From: Macrostomum hystrix
Lineage: Eukaryota > Animalia > Platyhelminthes
Direction: 5' to 3'
Assembly (NCBI GenBank): GCA_950097015.1
Contig: CATNEN010000038.1
Coordinates: 6,820,001 to 6,884,000 of the forward strand
Length of the DNA: 64,000 bases
Shown here: positions 1 to 30,826 of the stretch, piece by piece
Layout: each line of letters begins with the position of its first letter
Position numbering within the stretch: position 1 is the stretch's first letter
Program-made: the position numbers and the translations under genes
The notes under the pieces: model-generated
What the model was told of the DNA's origin: nothing
Databases searched by the model: none
The model's input: only the letters and a program-made list of their open reading frames with translations

Positions 1-120
1 TTCTGCTACCCCCTTAGTGTCTGCTACCCCCTTGGTGTCTGCTACCCCCTTGGTGTCTGCTACCCCCTTAGTGTCTTCTACCCCCTTGGTGTCTGCTACT
101 CCCGTGGTGTCTTCTCCCCT
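1..120. repeat. 18-bp minisatellite (CTGCTACCCCCTTRGTGT), truncated by window start
   Basis: About 6 tandem copies visible. Confidence 0.9.
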
Positions 121-771
121 CTAAAGTCCTATATCCGCTTGTCCTCTATCTAAACGTGTTGCAATTCCGAAACGTTAGTTTACTATGACAGCTCATGTAA
201 ATAAGATTTAATGGGGCAGTTTATGTTCTATTTTTCGTTTTCTATAGGGCCTTAATTTAGCGTTCTATTGACTATTTACCAATATTCTTGCCTACGCAGT
301 TTGCTAATGAGCAGAACTCAAACATTTGAGTAGGGTAGTGTTATTTCTGCTGGCGTCACCGGCTAATTTTCTGTCTCTTGTCTGCAGTTGAGCTCGTTTT
401 GTTTATTTAACCGCAGGCTATTTATAAACTTCTAAATTGGATATTTTAACAATTTTGAGCTGTTACGTATTCTGAGAACTTTTCTTAGTTTCTGTGAACA
501 AAAGCTGCGAACTTTTATGTTCTATTTTTGTGTCGATAATTGCTATATTCCGTTGAATCTGTGGCGCCTAAGGCCACTGCTGCGACCCTGTGGCTCTTGG
601 TTGTGAGTGTGTGTGTGCGTGTGTGTTTAAGGCGTCTCGTCTCCACCTTAATAATCTAGACTTTTTGTAGCCCCGCTATTCGAGGCTATGTAAGTTGCAT
701 ATTTTACTAGCGCATTGGTGAATTGGCTTAACATGCAACTCGACTCTTCTCACGCCCACTCTTATGAAAGT

Positions 772-1655
772 TCTCTCATTACCTGTCTACCTCTCATTAC
801 CTGTCTACCTCTCATTACCTATCTACCTCTCTTTACCTGTCTACCTCTCATTACCTGTCTACCTCTCTTTACCTGTCTACCTCTCAGTCCTTGTCTACCT
901 CTCATTACCTGTCTACCTCTCATTACCTGTCTACATCTAATTACCTGTCTACCTCTCATTACCTGTCTACCTCTCATTACCTGTCTACCTCTCATTACCT
1001 GTCTACCTCTCATTACCTGTCTACCTCTCATTACCTGTCTACCTCTCATTTCCTGTCTACCTCTCATTACCTGTCTACCTCTCATTACCTATCTACCTCT
1101 CTTTACCTGTCTACCTCTCATTACCTGTCTACCTCTAATTACCTGTCTACCTCTCATTACCTGTCTACCTCTCATTACCTGTCTACCTCTAATTACCTGT
1201 CTACCTCTCAGTCCCTGTCTACCTCTCATTACCTGTCTACCTCTCATTACCTGTCTACCTCTCATTACCTGTCTACCTCTCATTACCTGTCTACCTCTCA
1301 TTACCTGTCTACCTCTAATTACCTGTCTACCTCTCATTACCTGTCTACCTCTCATTACCTGTCTACCTCTCATTACCTGTCTACCTCTCAGTCCCTGTCT
1401 ACCTCTCATTACCTGTCTACCTCTCATTACCTGTCTACCTCTCATTACCTGTCTACCTCTAATTACCTGTCTACCTCTCATTACCTGTCTACCTCTCATT
1501 ACCTGTCTACCTCTCATTACCTGTCTACCTCTCATTACCTGTCTACCTCTCATTACCTGTCTACCTCTCATTCCCTGTCTACCTCTCATTACCTGTCTCC
1601 CTCTCAGTCTCTGTCTACCTCTCAGTCTCTGTCTACCTCTCAGCCTCCCTCTCAG
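772..1655. repeat. 18-bp minisatellite (CTCTCATTACCTGTCTAC)n
   Basis: About 48 tandem copies; explains the repetitive LPLITC/STSHYL ORFs. Confidence 0.97.
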
Positions 1656-2145
1656 TTGTGGTCTGGTCATGCAGTCGCTATGATTTGCAGCATGAGCTCA
1701 CAATGAAATTCACCAACGCAGGTGCAGCCAGTCTCAAGCGTAGGCGTTATACAGCTGCGCCTTTGGCTAGGTAAAACTAATTTTTAAACAAATGTTTTAA
1801 ATGATTTATACCTAGTAACTTTAGTTGCAGGCTTGGATGATAAACGCGGCTTGTCTGCTGCTAACACTGGGCTTCAATTTTTTGCTAATCAGATAACTCA
1901 ATGCTTTCTAACATGCCTATTTATATTTTTCTCATAACCATTGCACACTACTAATATATTCTATATCAGTAGTCTAATGCTGAAGACAATTGTATTTTTA
2001 ATGACTCACTTGAAATGTTTTCCTGTAACTTTTTAAAATTCATAATCACTACTTCCTGCTCATGCGTGTAATACGAATTGCTCGTACTAACAATAAATTG
2101 TTTCATTTTTTTGAAGGACAGCTTCTAGTTATTTGCGATCAATTT

Positions 2146-2415
2146 GTGTCGAATGTCGATTAATCTGTATCGAATGTGGATGAATCAATGTCAAATATCG
2201 ATGAACCCGTGTCGAATGTCGATGAATCAGTGTCAAGTGTCAAATGTTGAATCAGTGTCGAATGTCGATGAATCAGTGTCAAGTGTCAAATGTTGAATCA
2301 GTGTCGAATGTCGATGAATCAGTGTCAAGTGTCAAATGTTGAATCAGTGTCGAATGTCGATGAATCGAGGTCGAATATCGATGAACCAGTGTCGAATATC
2401 GAATGTCGAGGAATC
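2146..2415. repeat. Tandem repeat of GTGTCGAATGTCGATGAATCA-type units with a 46-bp higher-order unit
   Basis: Three exact 46-bp copies plus degenerate 21-bp flanking units. Confidence 0.85.
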
Positions 2416-3695
2416 TGTGAATAATGAATAAATTAGTGAATGATGAATTATTAACAAAATTATATTTATGCGTCGTATCTATAATTTGTCGTTGTCTACT
2501 AAAGTAGGCAGAAAAGCAGGATAATTTACTGATCCCAGAGACTAAAAAAGGCTTATAAAATCGCTTCTTATCCTGCGCAACTGTCTACACAGGCCAAGAA
2601 CCAGGAGTGCTCTGAACTCGTGGGTCCAATTTAGCTTGTAGTGTAAGAAGAAGTTCGTTATAACAAAACTGCTGGCGTTCCAGTGTTGTGCCTTTGAAGT
2701 CGAATTACTTCCTTGGCAGCTTGTTATGAAGATTTTTATTTTTATATTTGTTTTCACTTTGGCATTGTTTTTTTAAACATTGTTTTCTGTTTTAAGGCAT
2801 TTGGTACAAACTTGATTTTCTTACGAAATCATTCTGACAGCATTAGAGAGATTCAGCCTAAATTCGAGCTAACTGACCTGTGTCACTGGTTAGGCTCAGC
2901 GGTTCTACAGTATACATTATGTAATCATTTTGCAGAGGCTTCACGTTCGAGTGAGTCGTCGGCAACCAACATTCGCCGGTCGGTGTCCCTGTTCGATCAC
3001 AAGAAGACTTAAATTAAAACAACTGCTGCAAACTGCTTTTAGCCATTGAATTCAATATCAATTGTTTCACTTTAGTCAAAGCTTTTTGCTTTCTATATTT
3101 GGTAATTTATTATTACACTATCCATATTTTTGTCATCGGCATTAAAAAATCTAACGAGCGAGAATCTGACGAGAATCTACCCACCTCAAATTATTCAACC
3201 AATCATAGTGCCACTAATGCCCAGGCGGAGTGAGGTGGTGGGGGCGGGGAAGGAATTCCGATAGGCCTACCCTTCGGCGTCAACCAATAAACGTTGAGAA
3301 AGAAGGCTATTTTTAGATACGGTCTGATTGTTTATTTATTCAGAATTAGGCGCCCTAATTTGTAGTCTAGCTATTTTGAACTTTCTGCTAGTTCTATCAT
3401 TTTCTAAACGCTCTTTTTCTCGGCGTGATTTTCTTGCATAGATTTTGTGCTCACCTCATAGTTGTAATTTGTTTGCAGACTGATACTTATACTTAGTGTT
3501 GCATAAGTTATATATATTGACAATTTCATATACAGGTCGTTTATACTGACATACTGAAATTATATATCGTTATTAACTAAGCCTTAATTGTCTTTGCACT
3601 GCTTGCGATGTCGCGCTGGTACATGACATGACATTATAGATTCATTCCGGTAAAAAACTCACGTTCTCATCTTTCCTTTCCTTTCCTTTCCTTTC

Positions 3696-4863
3696 CATTG
3701 ATTCACTCACAGTTAAGCATTGATTCACTCACAGTTGAGCATTGATTCACTCACAATTGAGCATTGATTCACTCACAGTTGAGCATTGATTCACTCACAG
3801 TTGAGCATTGATTCACTCACAGTTGAGCATTGATTCACTCACAATTGAGCATTGATTCACTCACAGTTGAGCATTGATTCACTCACAATTGAGCATTGAT
3901 TCACTCACAGTTGAGCATTGATTCACTCACAGTTGAGCATTATTCACTCACAATTGAGCATTGATTCACTCACAATTGAGCATTGATTCACTCACAGTTG
4001 AGCATTATTCACTCACAATTGAGCATTGATTCACTCACAGTTGAGCATTGATTCACTCACAATTGAGCATTGATTCACTCACAGTTGAGCATTGATTCAC
4101 TCACAATTGAGCATTGATTCACTCACAGTTGAGCATTGATTCACTCACAGTTGAGCATTATTCACTCACAATTGAGCATTGATTCACTCACAATTGAGCA
4201 TTGATTCACTCACAGTTGAGCATTATTCACTCACAATTGAGCATTGATTCACTCACAGTTGAGCATTGATTCACTCACAATTGAGCATTGATTCACTCAC
4301 AATTGAGCATTGATTCACTCACAATTGAGCATTGATTCACTCACAGTTGAGCATTGACTCACTCACAATTGAGCATTGATTCACTCACAATTGAGCATTG
4401 ATTCACTCACAATTGAGCATTGATTCACTCACAATTGAGCATTGATTCACTCACAGTTGAGCATTGATTCACTCACAGTTGAGCATTATTCACTCACAAT
4501 TGAGCATTGATTCACTCACAATTGAGCATTGATTCACTCACAGTTGAGCATTATTCACTCACAATTGAGCATTGATTCACTCACAGTTGAGCATTGATTC
4601 ACTCACAATTGAGCATTGATTCACTCACAGTTGAGCATTGATTCACTCACAATTGAGCATTGATTCACTCACAATTGAGCATTGATTCACTCACAGTTGA
4701 GCATTGACTCACTCACAATTGAGCATTGATTCACTCACAGTTGAGCATTGATTCACTCACAGTTGAGCATTGATTCACTCACAGTTGAGCATTGATTCAC
4801 TCACAGTTGAGCATTGACTCACTCACAGTTGAGCATTGATTCACTCACAGTTGAGCATTGATT
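3696..4863. repeat. 22-bp minisatellite (TTGAGCATTGATTCACTCACAR)n
   Basis: About 53 near-identical tandem copies. Confidence 0.97.
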
Positions 4864-4937
4864 GGTTAAATGGCGATTGGTTAAATATTTATTAAGTAGT
4901 TAATCAAGGATAGTAAAAGTACATTCTGTCATTGCCG

Positions 4938-5156
4938 TCATCGCCTGTCGTTGCCCTGAGGAGCTTGCGATGCCTTCCAGCGCGAGATGTACAGCTTCCT
5001 GATGAGGTCCCTCTCGGATGCAGTCAAACTCACCGGGTGCAGCCAGGTGTGAGTGATGCCCAGCACGGTGTGCAGGTGTGCGAGGGCGGCCAGGGCGCAG
5101 GTGGCGGCGATGCATGCGAATGTGTACCACAGCAGCGCGAGCTCAGTAGAATTTAG
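4938..5156 (-). CDS. Putative terminal coding exon: transmembrane helix plus cytoplasmic tail, parent gene unresolved
   Basis: Acceptor gatccag|CTA at 5157/5156; GC3-rich codons; LNSTELALLWYTFACIAATCALAALAHL...RKLYISRWKASQAPQGNDRR* contains a 23-aa hydrophobic stretch. Confidence 0.4.
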   Translation of the reverse strand, partial: LNSTELALLWYTFACIAATCALAALAHLHTVLGITHTWLHPVSLTASERDLIRKLYISRWKASQAPQGNDRR

Positions 5157-5787
5157 CTGGATCATCAGATAAATGAATGCAGTTTAGCAATTAATATTTT
5201 TGGTTGGATTTTAGTAGATTGTTAAAATAGCAAAGCAAAGGAAGATATTGAAAAAAATTGGCCAGAGACAGAAAAACAGACAAGGACTTTTAAAAAAGAG
5301 CATCCATTATAATATAACATTGTCATTCAATTTTGTGAGTTCAAGTGTCCCTTTTCGGGGTATCAATGAATGAAATTTCGTCGCGAATTTTCTTAGTCTA
5401 TGGTAAAACATGTTCCAACCACGCAAGTTCCAAATTCTTAGAATAGGATTCTTGGAAAGCAGTGCCCGCACAACGGTAACTGCAAAACGCCGACAGGAGG
5501 CATCACCAAATGTCCCACAGCAGTCTGCCGCTTTCGCCAATTTTATTCCCCGAGTCTCAGGGATGAAATGCTCAGCCAGGGACTTCTGACAGGCTCTGCT
5601 TTCAACTCATTTGGGAATTTTGCTTTTCGGGGAGGTCGGGAGAGTTCGAGAGAGGTAGGGGCTCGAATCCCAGCCCAAGTAAGCGATTTTATCCCAAATA
5701 TTCTCACCTTTCCACCCAGGTTTTTTAAACTAAATTCTCTAGATTCATTTATTCACTTCTTACAACTGCACCTCAATACTTTTTTTC

Positions 5788-6530
5788 AGAGAGAGATCAG
5801 AGAGATCAGAGAGATCAGAGAGAGATCAGAGAGATCAGAGAGATCAGAGAGATCAGAGAGAGATCAGAGAGATTAGAGAGAGATTAGAGAGAGATCAGAG
5901 AGATTAGAGAGAGATCAGAGAGATTAGAGAGAGATCAGAGAGTTCAGAGAGAGATCAGAGAGATTAGAGAGAGATCAGAGAGTTCAGAGAGAGATCAGAG
6001 AGATCAGAGAGAGATCAGAGAGATTAGAGAGAGATCAGAGAGATTAGAGAGAGATCAGAGAGTTCAGAGAGAGATCAGAGAGATTAGAGAGAGATCAGAG
6101 AGTTCAGAGAGATCAGAGAGAGATCAGAGAGATCAGAGAGAGATCAGAGAGATCAGAGAGATCAGAGAGAGCAGAGAGATCAGAGAGATCAGAGAGATCA
6201 GAGAGATCAGAGAGATCAGAGAGAGATCAGAGAGATCAGAGAGAGCAGAGAGATCAGAGAGATCAGAGAGATCATAGAGAGATCAGAGAGATCAGAGAGA
6301 TCAGAGAGATCAGAGAGAGATCAGAGAGATCAGAGAGAGCAGAGAGATCAGAGAGATCAGAGAGATCAGACAGATCAGAGAGAGATCAGACAGATCAGAG
6401 AGATCAGAGAGAGATCAGAGAGATCAGAGAGATCAGAGAGAGATCAGAGAGATCAGACAGATCAGAGAGATCAGAGAGATCAGAGAGAGATCAGAGAGAT
6501 CAGAGAGATCAGAGAGATCAGAGAGAGATT
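5788..6530. repeat. Purine-rich (GAGATCAGA[GA])n satellite
   Basis: 9-11 bp tandem units. Confidence 0.95.
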
Positions 6531-6646
6531 CAGATCTTTTCACTGACTTTCAGATCCCTTCACTGACGTTCAGATTCCTTTCACTGACGTTCAGATCCCT
6601 TCACTGACATTCAGATCCCTTCACTGACGTTCAGATCCCTTCACTG
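6530..6646. repeat. 20-bp tandem repeat (TCAGATCCCTTCACTGACGT)
   Basis: About 6 copies. Confidence 0.9.
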
Positions 6647-7301
6647 GCCAGTTCGGGAGAACGTGGTGCCGGAGGCGCTAAGCCTCTCTGGCAGGCCGCC
6701 CGTCTGTATGAGGAGCAGTGGCAGGACCCGCTGCTGAGCAAGACGTTCCAGGCGTTGGCGACAGGCGACGGTCTGTCTGAGACCTGGGCGGCCCAGGTTC
6801 GCGAGCTGCTGGACGGAGCATCATTAAGTGCGGCGGGCGTTCTGCAGTCCCACGGCAAGCCAGTCATCCCGGGCCGCCTGTGGCCGAACTTCCTGCAGGC
6901 GTCGCATTCCTTCGACCACCTGGGTGCTGACAGGACGGTGGCGATGCTGGCGAAGCACTGTTGGTGGCTGGGCCCTTTTTCAAGATGTGTAACACCTTCT
7001 TCAAGTGGATGGAGACATGGCGATGATTGACGCCTGGATAGTGGTGGATGCAGCCGGCACTGCGAGCAGCTGGACATCGAGAAAACTCGCACATCGCTAT
7101 TCCACCCAAGCGGCAAGGGCTTGCACAGCACAACCGGCCTCAGGCCGTTCCAGATCCTGCACGCCACGGCCCGGAGTAGAGTGTACACGCCTGCGTGCGT
7201 GTTGGCGGGCGTGCTTGGGGGCGGGTAATGTGTGGGTGGTGAGTAGATATGTGTTGATGTGATTGACCTTATGAAATAAAGGTTGAATCGAATCAAGAAC
7301 A
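6647..7301 (+). mobile_element. Ty3/Gypsy retrotransposon 3' fragment (integrase H2C2 remnant, PPT, short LTR-like end)
   Basis: Translation ...EQWQDPLL...KPVIPGRLWPNFLQASHSFDHLGADRTVAMLAKHCWW matches the integrase zinc-binding H..G...T...L...WW motif; G-rich PPT-like tract 7217-7225, then TG(7229)...AATAAA...CA(7301). Confidence 0.7.
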
Positions 7302-7435
7302 AGTGCAAATTAGTAATGAGTAATTTGGTGCTCAGCACCTTTTTAACTTACCAATTTCCAAGTGTCGGACAGTGTTTGACAGTTTCGGGCTACCCAAGTA
7401 GATATAACGACAATTTAGTAGTCCACGTGTTCGTC

Positions 7436-9225
7436 ATGGCTGCGACTCAAGTACATTTTGATCCAGATGTACCGACTCCGAATTTGAGAAGGAGGAAGAA
7501 TGGCTAACTGCGGACGAGGATGAAGGGGAAATAGAGGAGGACCTCTATCTCCAGCCAAATGAAGTTGCCGACAACTTTCTGAATGATGCTTGGGCGGCAC
7601 GGGAACCTGGGCAGGATCAACGGCCTGATGTAGAACCCGAGTTCTTGGGAATGCCCGGCCTGGACACTGACTTGCCGAGGCCAGAGATCGCCGATAACGA
7701 TCCAGCTGCGTTTTTAAAGCTATTTCTGACCGTTGGTCTGCTGCAACAACTCTGCAATGGGACCAAATGGCATAAATTCGATAAGCTGCAAGCGTCGATG
7801 CACCACGGGCTAGCGGAATGGGCGGCAACGCCTCCCCGCTGCATCCGAAGGATGCCCCCTGCAGCTAAGTGAAGTGAGTCAAGCGCCGATGCAGAACCTG
7901 CCGCAAATGTTCTCTACTTGGAAAGACGCGACAATGGACAAGATAAAACAGTTTGTCGCTATGTTGCTTTACATGGGAATAGTTGAAAAGCCAGAGATAG
8001 CCAGCTATTGGAGCAACGATGATTTCTACGCGACACCTTTTTTAACAACTCGCTTGCCTAACAAGAGACAGGTACCAACAGATCAGTAGCCTACTGCGAT
8101 TCTATGACTGCAACAACTTCGATGGAAACGACCCACTAGCAAAGGCGAGACCAATTATTGCGCGTGTAGCTGAGATTTGTCGCAGTGTTCGCATGCCAGA
8201 AAAGGAAATTAGTGTCGATGAAGAGCTAGTCCTGTACAGGGGTCGCGTCATTTTCGTCGGTATATTCCATCTAAGAGAGCGCGATATGGTATTAAACTGT
8301 ATTACCTTTGCGAAGATAGATCCGGTTACGTCAGCAACTTCTTAGTACACTCTAGCAGGGCTGAGAATGAGCGATTCGGTCGAGGTCTCGGGTGTGGCGG
8401 TGTAGAGAGTTGTAAAATATGCTTTTGCTTAACGCGCTACTTAAAGTAATGTCACAAGGAAACCTCAGCCATAACGTTTAATCTATTTTTAGGAATGAGT
8501 AATGCGCTATTTTTAGAAACAGGTCATGTGACGTGAAACCGGAGAACTGGTTCTCGACAGCTGGATTTGCTTGAATTCCAAATATGGTAAAACAAACAAT
8601 TATGACTCATCGGTTTCTGCATCTGTATTTACACAATATTCCAACAGGAATAATAATTCGCGTTAAAAATAACCGACAGGAAGAGCTCGGGCCAAAAAAG
8701 AGTTCATTTCCTCGACACACAATGCATAGCCCAACTTCACCCTGTTCACCGGATTGTGCGTGGAAATGGACTGGTCATCGAGCAGAAGCCACAGACAGTC
8801 GTATTCTACAACAGGTTTATGGGCGGTGTCGGCAGGCTGGACTCTGCCTTGCAGCCATACAACCCGAGCCGGCGGACTCAGAAGTGGCCCGCATAGCTCG
8901 GCGCGCATCTTTTTCTTGTGCGGGCCAGAAACGGCTGGATTGTGTACCGATCTTGCGGTGGTAGACTCGAGTTTCTAAAGTTTTTGGAAACATCCTCAAG
9001 AACTTTATCGACTTCACTAAAACAGGTATTCGAGCTTCTCGGACACAGCAGCAGCCTGCAGCGGCTCATTAACAGCTCTCGCTGAAGCGCATTGAAGCCA
9101 CCGAAGTGCAGGCTCGACCAACAAAGCGGTGCAGGCAGTGCTATAGGAACTGCCCGGCCAAGAAAACTGTCTTCTGCTGTGGCTCATGCGAAGGCAACCC
9201 TGGACTGTGCGCAGCACAGGTGTAA
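7436..9225 (+). pseudogene. piggyBac (PGBD4-like, DDE_Tnp_1_7) transposase pseudogene
   Basis: Frame-shifted motifs WKDAT..IKQFVAMLLYMGIVEKPEIASYWS; ISVDEELVLYRGR..YIPSKRARYGIKLY; KPQTVVFYNRFMGGVG.LD (third catalytic D replaced by G); C-terminal Cys-rich KRCRQC..CCGSCEGNPGLC. The middle catalytic region is replaced by foreign DNA at about 8400-8680. Confidence 0.92.
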
Positions 9226-9339
9226 CTTAAAATTACGCTCGTGCTTCTTAAATATCAAATCCAAAAGTAGCTCAAACGACATCTGCAACTTGTTTACAAG
9301 AAAAATGTTATTGTTTCTTTTAGTCCAATACTATATTAA

Positions 9340-9985
9340 CTATTCACTCTATCCAATATTCCATCATATATTCACTCTATCCAATATTCCATCATATATT
9401 CACTCTATCCAATATTCCATCATATATTCACTCTATCCAATACTCCATCAAATATTCACTCTATCCAATACTCCATCACATCTTCACTCTATCCAATACT
9501 CCATCATATATTCACTCTATCCAATATTCCATCATATATTCACTCTATCCAATATTCCATCATATTTTCACTCTATCCAATATTCCATCATATCTTCACT
9601 CTATCCAATATTCCATCATATATTCACCCTATCCAATATTCCATCATATCTTCACTCTATCCAATATTCCATCATATATTCACTCTATCCAATACTCCAT
9701 CAAATATTCACTCTATCCAATATTCCATCATATATTCACTCTATCCAATATTCCATCATATATTCACTGTATCCAATATTCCATCATATATTCACTCTAT
9801 CCAATATTCCATCATATATTCACTCTATCCAATATTCCATCATATCTTCACTCTATCCAATATTCCATCATATATTCACTCTATCCAATACTCCATCAAA
9901 TATTCACTCTATCCAATATTCCATCATATATTCACTCTATCCAATATTCCATCATATATTCACTGTATCCAATATTCCATCATAT
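9340..9985. repeat. 28-bp minisatellite (TATTCACTCTATCCAATATTCCATCATA)n
   Basis: About 23 copies, just inside the right inverted repeat. Confidence 0.96.
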
Positions 9986-10092
9986 ATAAAATATAAAAGC
10001 ATACTTGGTTGGAACTTGTTTTACCATAGACTAAGAAAATTCGTGACGAAATTTCATTCATTGATACCCCGAAAAGGGACACTTAAACTTGA

Positions 10093-10425
10093 GCGATTCC
10101 AGCTGCGATTCCAGCTGCGATTCTTGCTGCGATTCCAGCTGCGATTCTAGCTGCGATTCTCGCTGCGATTCCAGCTGCGATTCCAGCTGCGATTCTAGCT
10201 GCGATTCCAGCTGCAATTCTAGCTGCGATTCTGGCTGCGATTCCAGCTGCGATTCTAGCTGCTATTCTAGCTGCGATTCTAGCTGCGATTCCAGCTGCGA
10301 TTCCAGCTGCGATTCTAGCTGCAATTCTAGCTGCGATTCTAGCCGCGATTCCAGCTGCGATTCTAGCTGCAATTCTAGCTGCGATTCTAGCTGCGATTCC
10401 AGCTAAGATTGCAGCTCCGATTCTA
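10093..10425. repeat. 12-bp minisatellite (GCTGCGATTCYA)n
   Basis: About 27 copies; same family as 12036-12910. Confidence 0.95.
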
Positions 10426-10819
10426 ACAGGTGAGCTTGTTGAAACAGTGACAACTCTGTATTTACTCTGTAAATCTCAAAGCGATAAATTTTTCGCAGCT
10501 ATTCGCTCAGAAGCGGCATAAATAAAAGGATTTTATATTTAAGTGCAAGTAACGCAAGTGTTAGCCAGGGCTGCATTCTCTGTACATGAAAGACGGCGCG
10601 ATTTCTTTGCAAGACTGATCGATACAGAGCAGTTACTTCAAATAGAACACAATTTTTAAGTCTCGAAAAGCAATACATACTACTGTGAACAGTTGCAGTA
10701 GTGCATCTAGTGGTGATTTGTTTTAGATGCTTGAAAATATAAATCACAAAAATGTTGCCTTATTAGGTTGCTAATACAGTCAGCAAAAAGGTCGGCCTAT
10801 ATTGGCTGAGACTAACGGG

Positions 10820-28693
<17,874 letters not shown>

Positions 28694-30826
28694 TGTTGCT
28701 AAACCGATGGGCTAAATTCTGTGTGCTTGCACAGGCTAAAGCCTGCTGTTTATCAGCCGGCAGTGATTAATAAGGCCTAATCTAATAGGATTGTGCCCTG
28801 CATTTTGTCCGGCATAATTTAAAACGGCTTCAATACATTCAGTTAGCAGTCTGGGCAGACAGATTAATTATTGCGCTTCTGTTTGTGTCCGGTCCTCTGC
28901 ACTGGCCCTTCGATCTGCTACGGAATTAATATGCGAGTCAAGATAATATTCAAAGCTGTAGCGAGCCGGCACTGCCGCTGCAATGCTTTCAAAAATGCAT
29001 GCCAAATGAATGGGACTCGGGTGTAATTTGCTATTCGAAAAATATATTCTGATTTCTTGCGAATTCAATTCATACCTAGACTTCTTATCGCGAAATTGGT
29101 TAGATTAAAATATATTTCGCTCCCTAGCTCTAGCTGCCATTGGTTGGTTGGACTGCCAGCCAGTTGTAGTTTGCTCAGCTATAGCGAGTCTTATGATAGC
29201 CTATGATATACCCGCAGAGAGCTAGTTAAATGAGACCATTCAGAAAATCCTACTGATGCTACTGGCAGGGTAGTAAACTGCATACGCAAACAATTTAGTG
29301 CGAATTTTAGACCTTTTCATAAACATGAATTGCACCTGTAGAATAATATGGAAATGTGAAGATGAACATTTCGTTTTAGACACAATAGATCGATAGAAAA
29401 TTTTCATTTTTAGTTTGAAGGGCATTCCTGAGCTATGTTTTTTATTCAATCGAATAACTGTAGCTCTAATATATAAATCAGAAATATGCATACATAGCAT
29501 TTTTCTCTCATTTAACTATTTATAATTATTTTTATACGTATAAATGCAACGCATGCAAATTTACTAATATTGATTGGGGTGATATTATGATTTTTAAGGG
29601 TAATAAAGAGCAGCAAAAGCACGAATATGATGATGAATGTCGAGTTGTAATAATAAAAGTTATGCGTAGCCAATAAATTATATACAGATGTAAATAAAGA
29701 TTCATGTGTCAGGTTGGTCAGCAGCAGCGCAATACTTTAATTATTTTTAATAAAGGAGTTCTGTTGTGCAATATATAAATAGATGTTTAGATTTCTTACA
29801 CATGCCTTCTACGCGTATCTTAAACCGGGCTAAGTGAAAATTTTGCGCAAAGCTATAAAGTAGTATAACAAGTATTAATTCATTTCTCTCTTGTTTCTTT
29901 AGAAGCCCATTGTTTACTTGCTAATATTGCAAATTAGTTACGTTTTAATTGTTTTAAATTAGTCTGAAATCGTTTTGCGCATACTTTATTTGACATGAAC
30001 TTTTTGTTTCGACAACAATTGTTTAATTTTAATTTTTTCCAGAAATTTCTTCCTCGAACTTTCTTAAAAAAATAATAGAATGAGTGGAAAGGGTCGAATT
30101 ATCAGATCTTTGCTTGCTTCGCCTCAATAACAACAATTGCTTGGCCTCTTGGTCGTTGTATTTATTGAAGTATATTTTATTTGTTAGTATTTTATATACA
30201 ACGCTAGAAACTAAACTATTCGTAATATAATAGACTATAGCCTATGTCTTTAGTAGAGACACTATTACTGTTTAAAAATCAATTGCAACTTTAGTAGCTT
30301 TAGCATATTTTGATTTAGCCTATCTATTACAAATACTATACCTTGATTAAAGTATTAAGGATTCAATAAACTTCTTACAGTAACAATAGGCCTAAATATT
30401 TCTTTTGCTTTTGCTACAATTAGGCTTCAAATAGTAAATCTAAACATGCGCTTTGAACAACCTTTTTATTATCATTTAGTTAGATAGCATTTTAATGCTG
30501 GAATAGTTTGCTTTGTCCTGCAGACATTCAAATCAAGTTTTTTGCTTTATCTCCCTAAATGCTTTAAGCTGAAACATTTTTTATTAACAAAGAATTCGAT
30601 CAGTTATCTATAGCAATAAATAAAGAAATAAATGCATAAGTGAATAGAGATTTATATGTTATGTAGTTTTTTTTCATTTTTATATTAATATATTAGAACA
30701 ATAGTGCTCACTTTAATAAAGATTGTCAAGATTTTCTATTACGATAATGTTTCGAAGCGAAATTGACGGGAATTGCAGATCATTTAGGTGCAGTCTATCG
30801 TCTTGCCTAATCTCACCGCTGCCACC

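Larger units (their letters stand above)
5345..10082 (+). mobile_element. piggyBac-like DNA transposon, non-autonomous/decayed, with 77-bp terminal inverted repeats
   Basis: Inverted repeats 5345-5421 and 10006-10082 match at 75/77; flanked by TCAA (5341-5344) and TTAA (10083-10086); they enclose a piggyBac transposase remnant. Confidence 0.8.

Noticed and set aside
4999-5030. CTGATGA followed by a small hairpin as a hammerhead
   Set aside because: No GAAA box after the stem
4938-5165. Tyrosine-recombinase SAM-like fragment (LAALAHLH...LIRKL)
   Set aside because: Only superficial similarity and no catalytic domain; a TM exon explains the segment better
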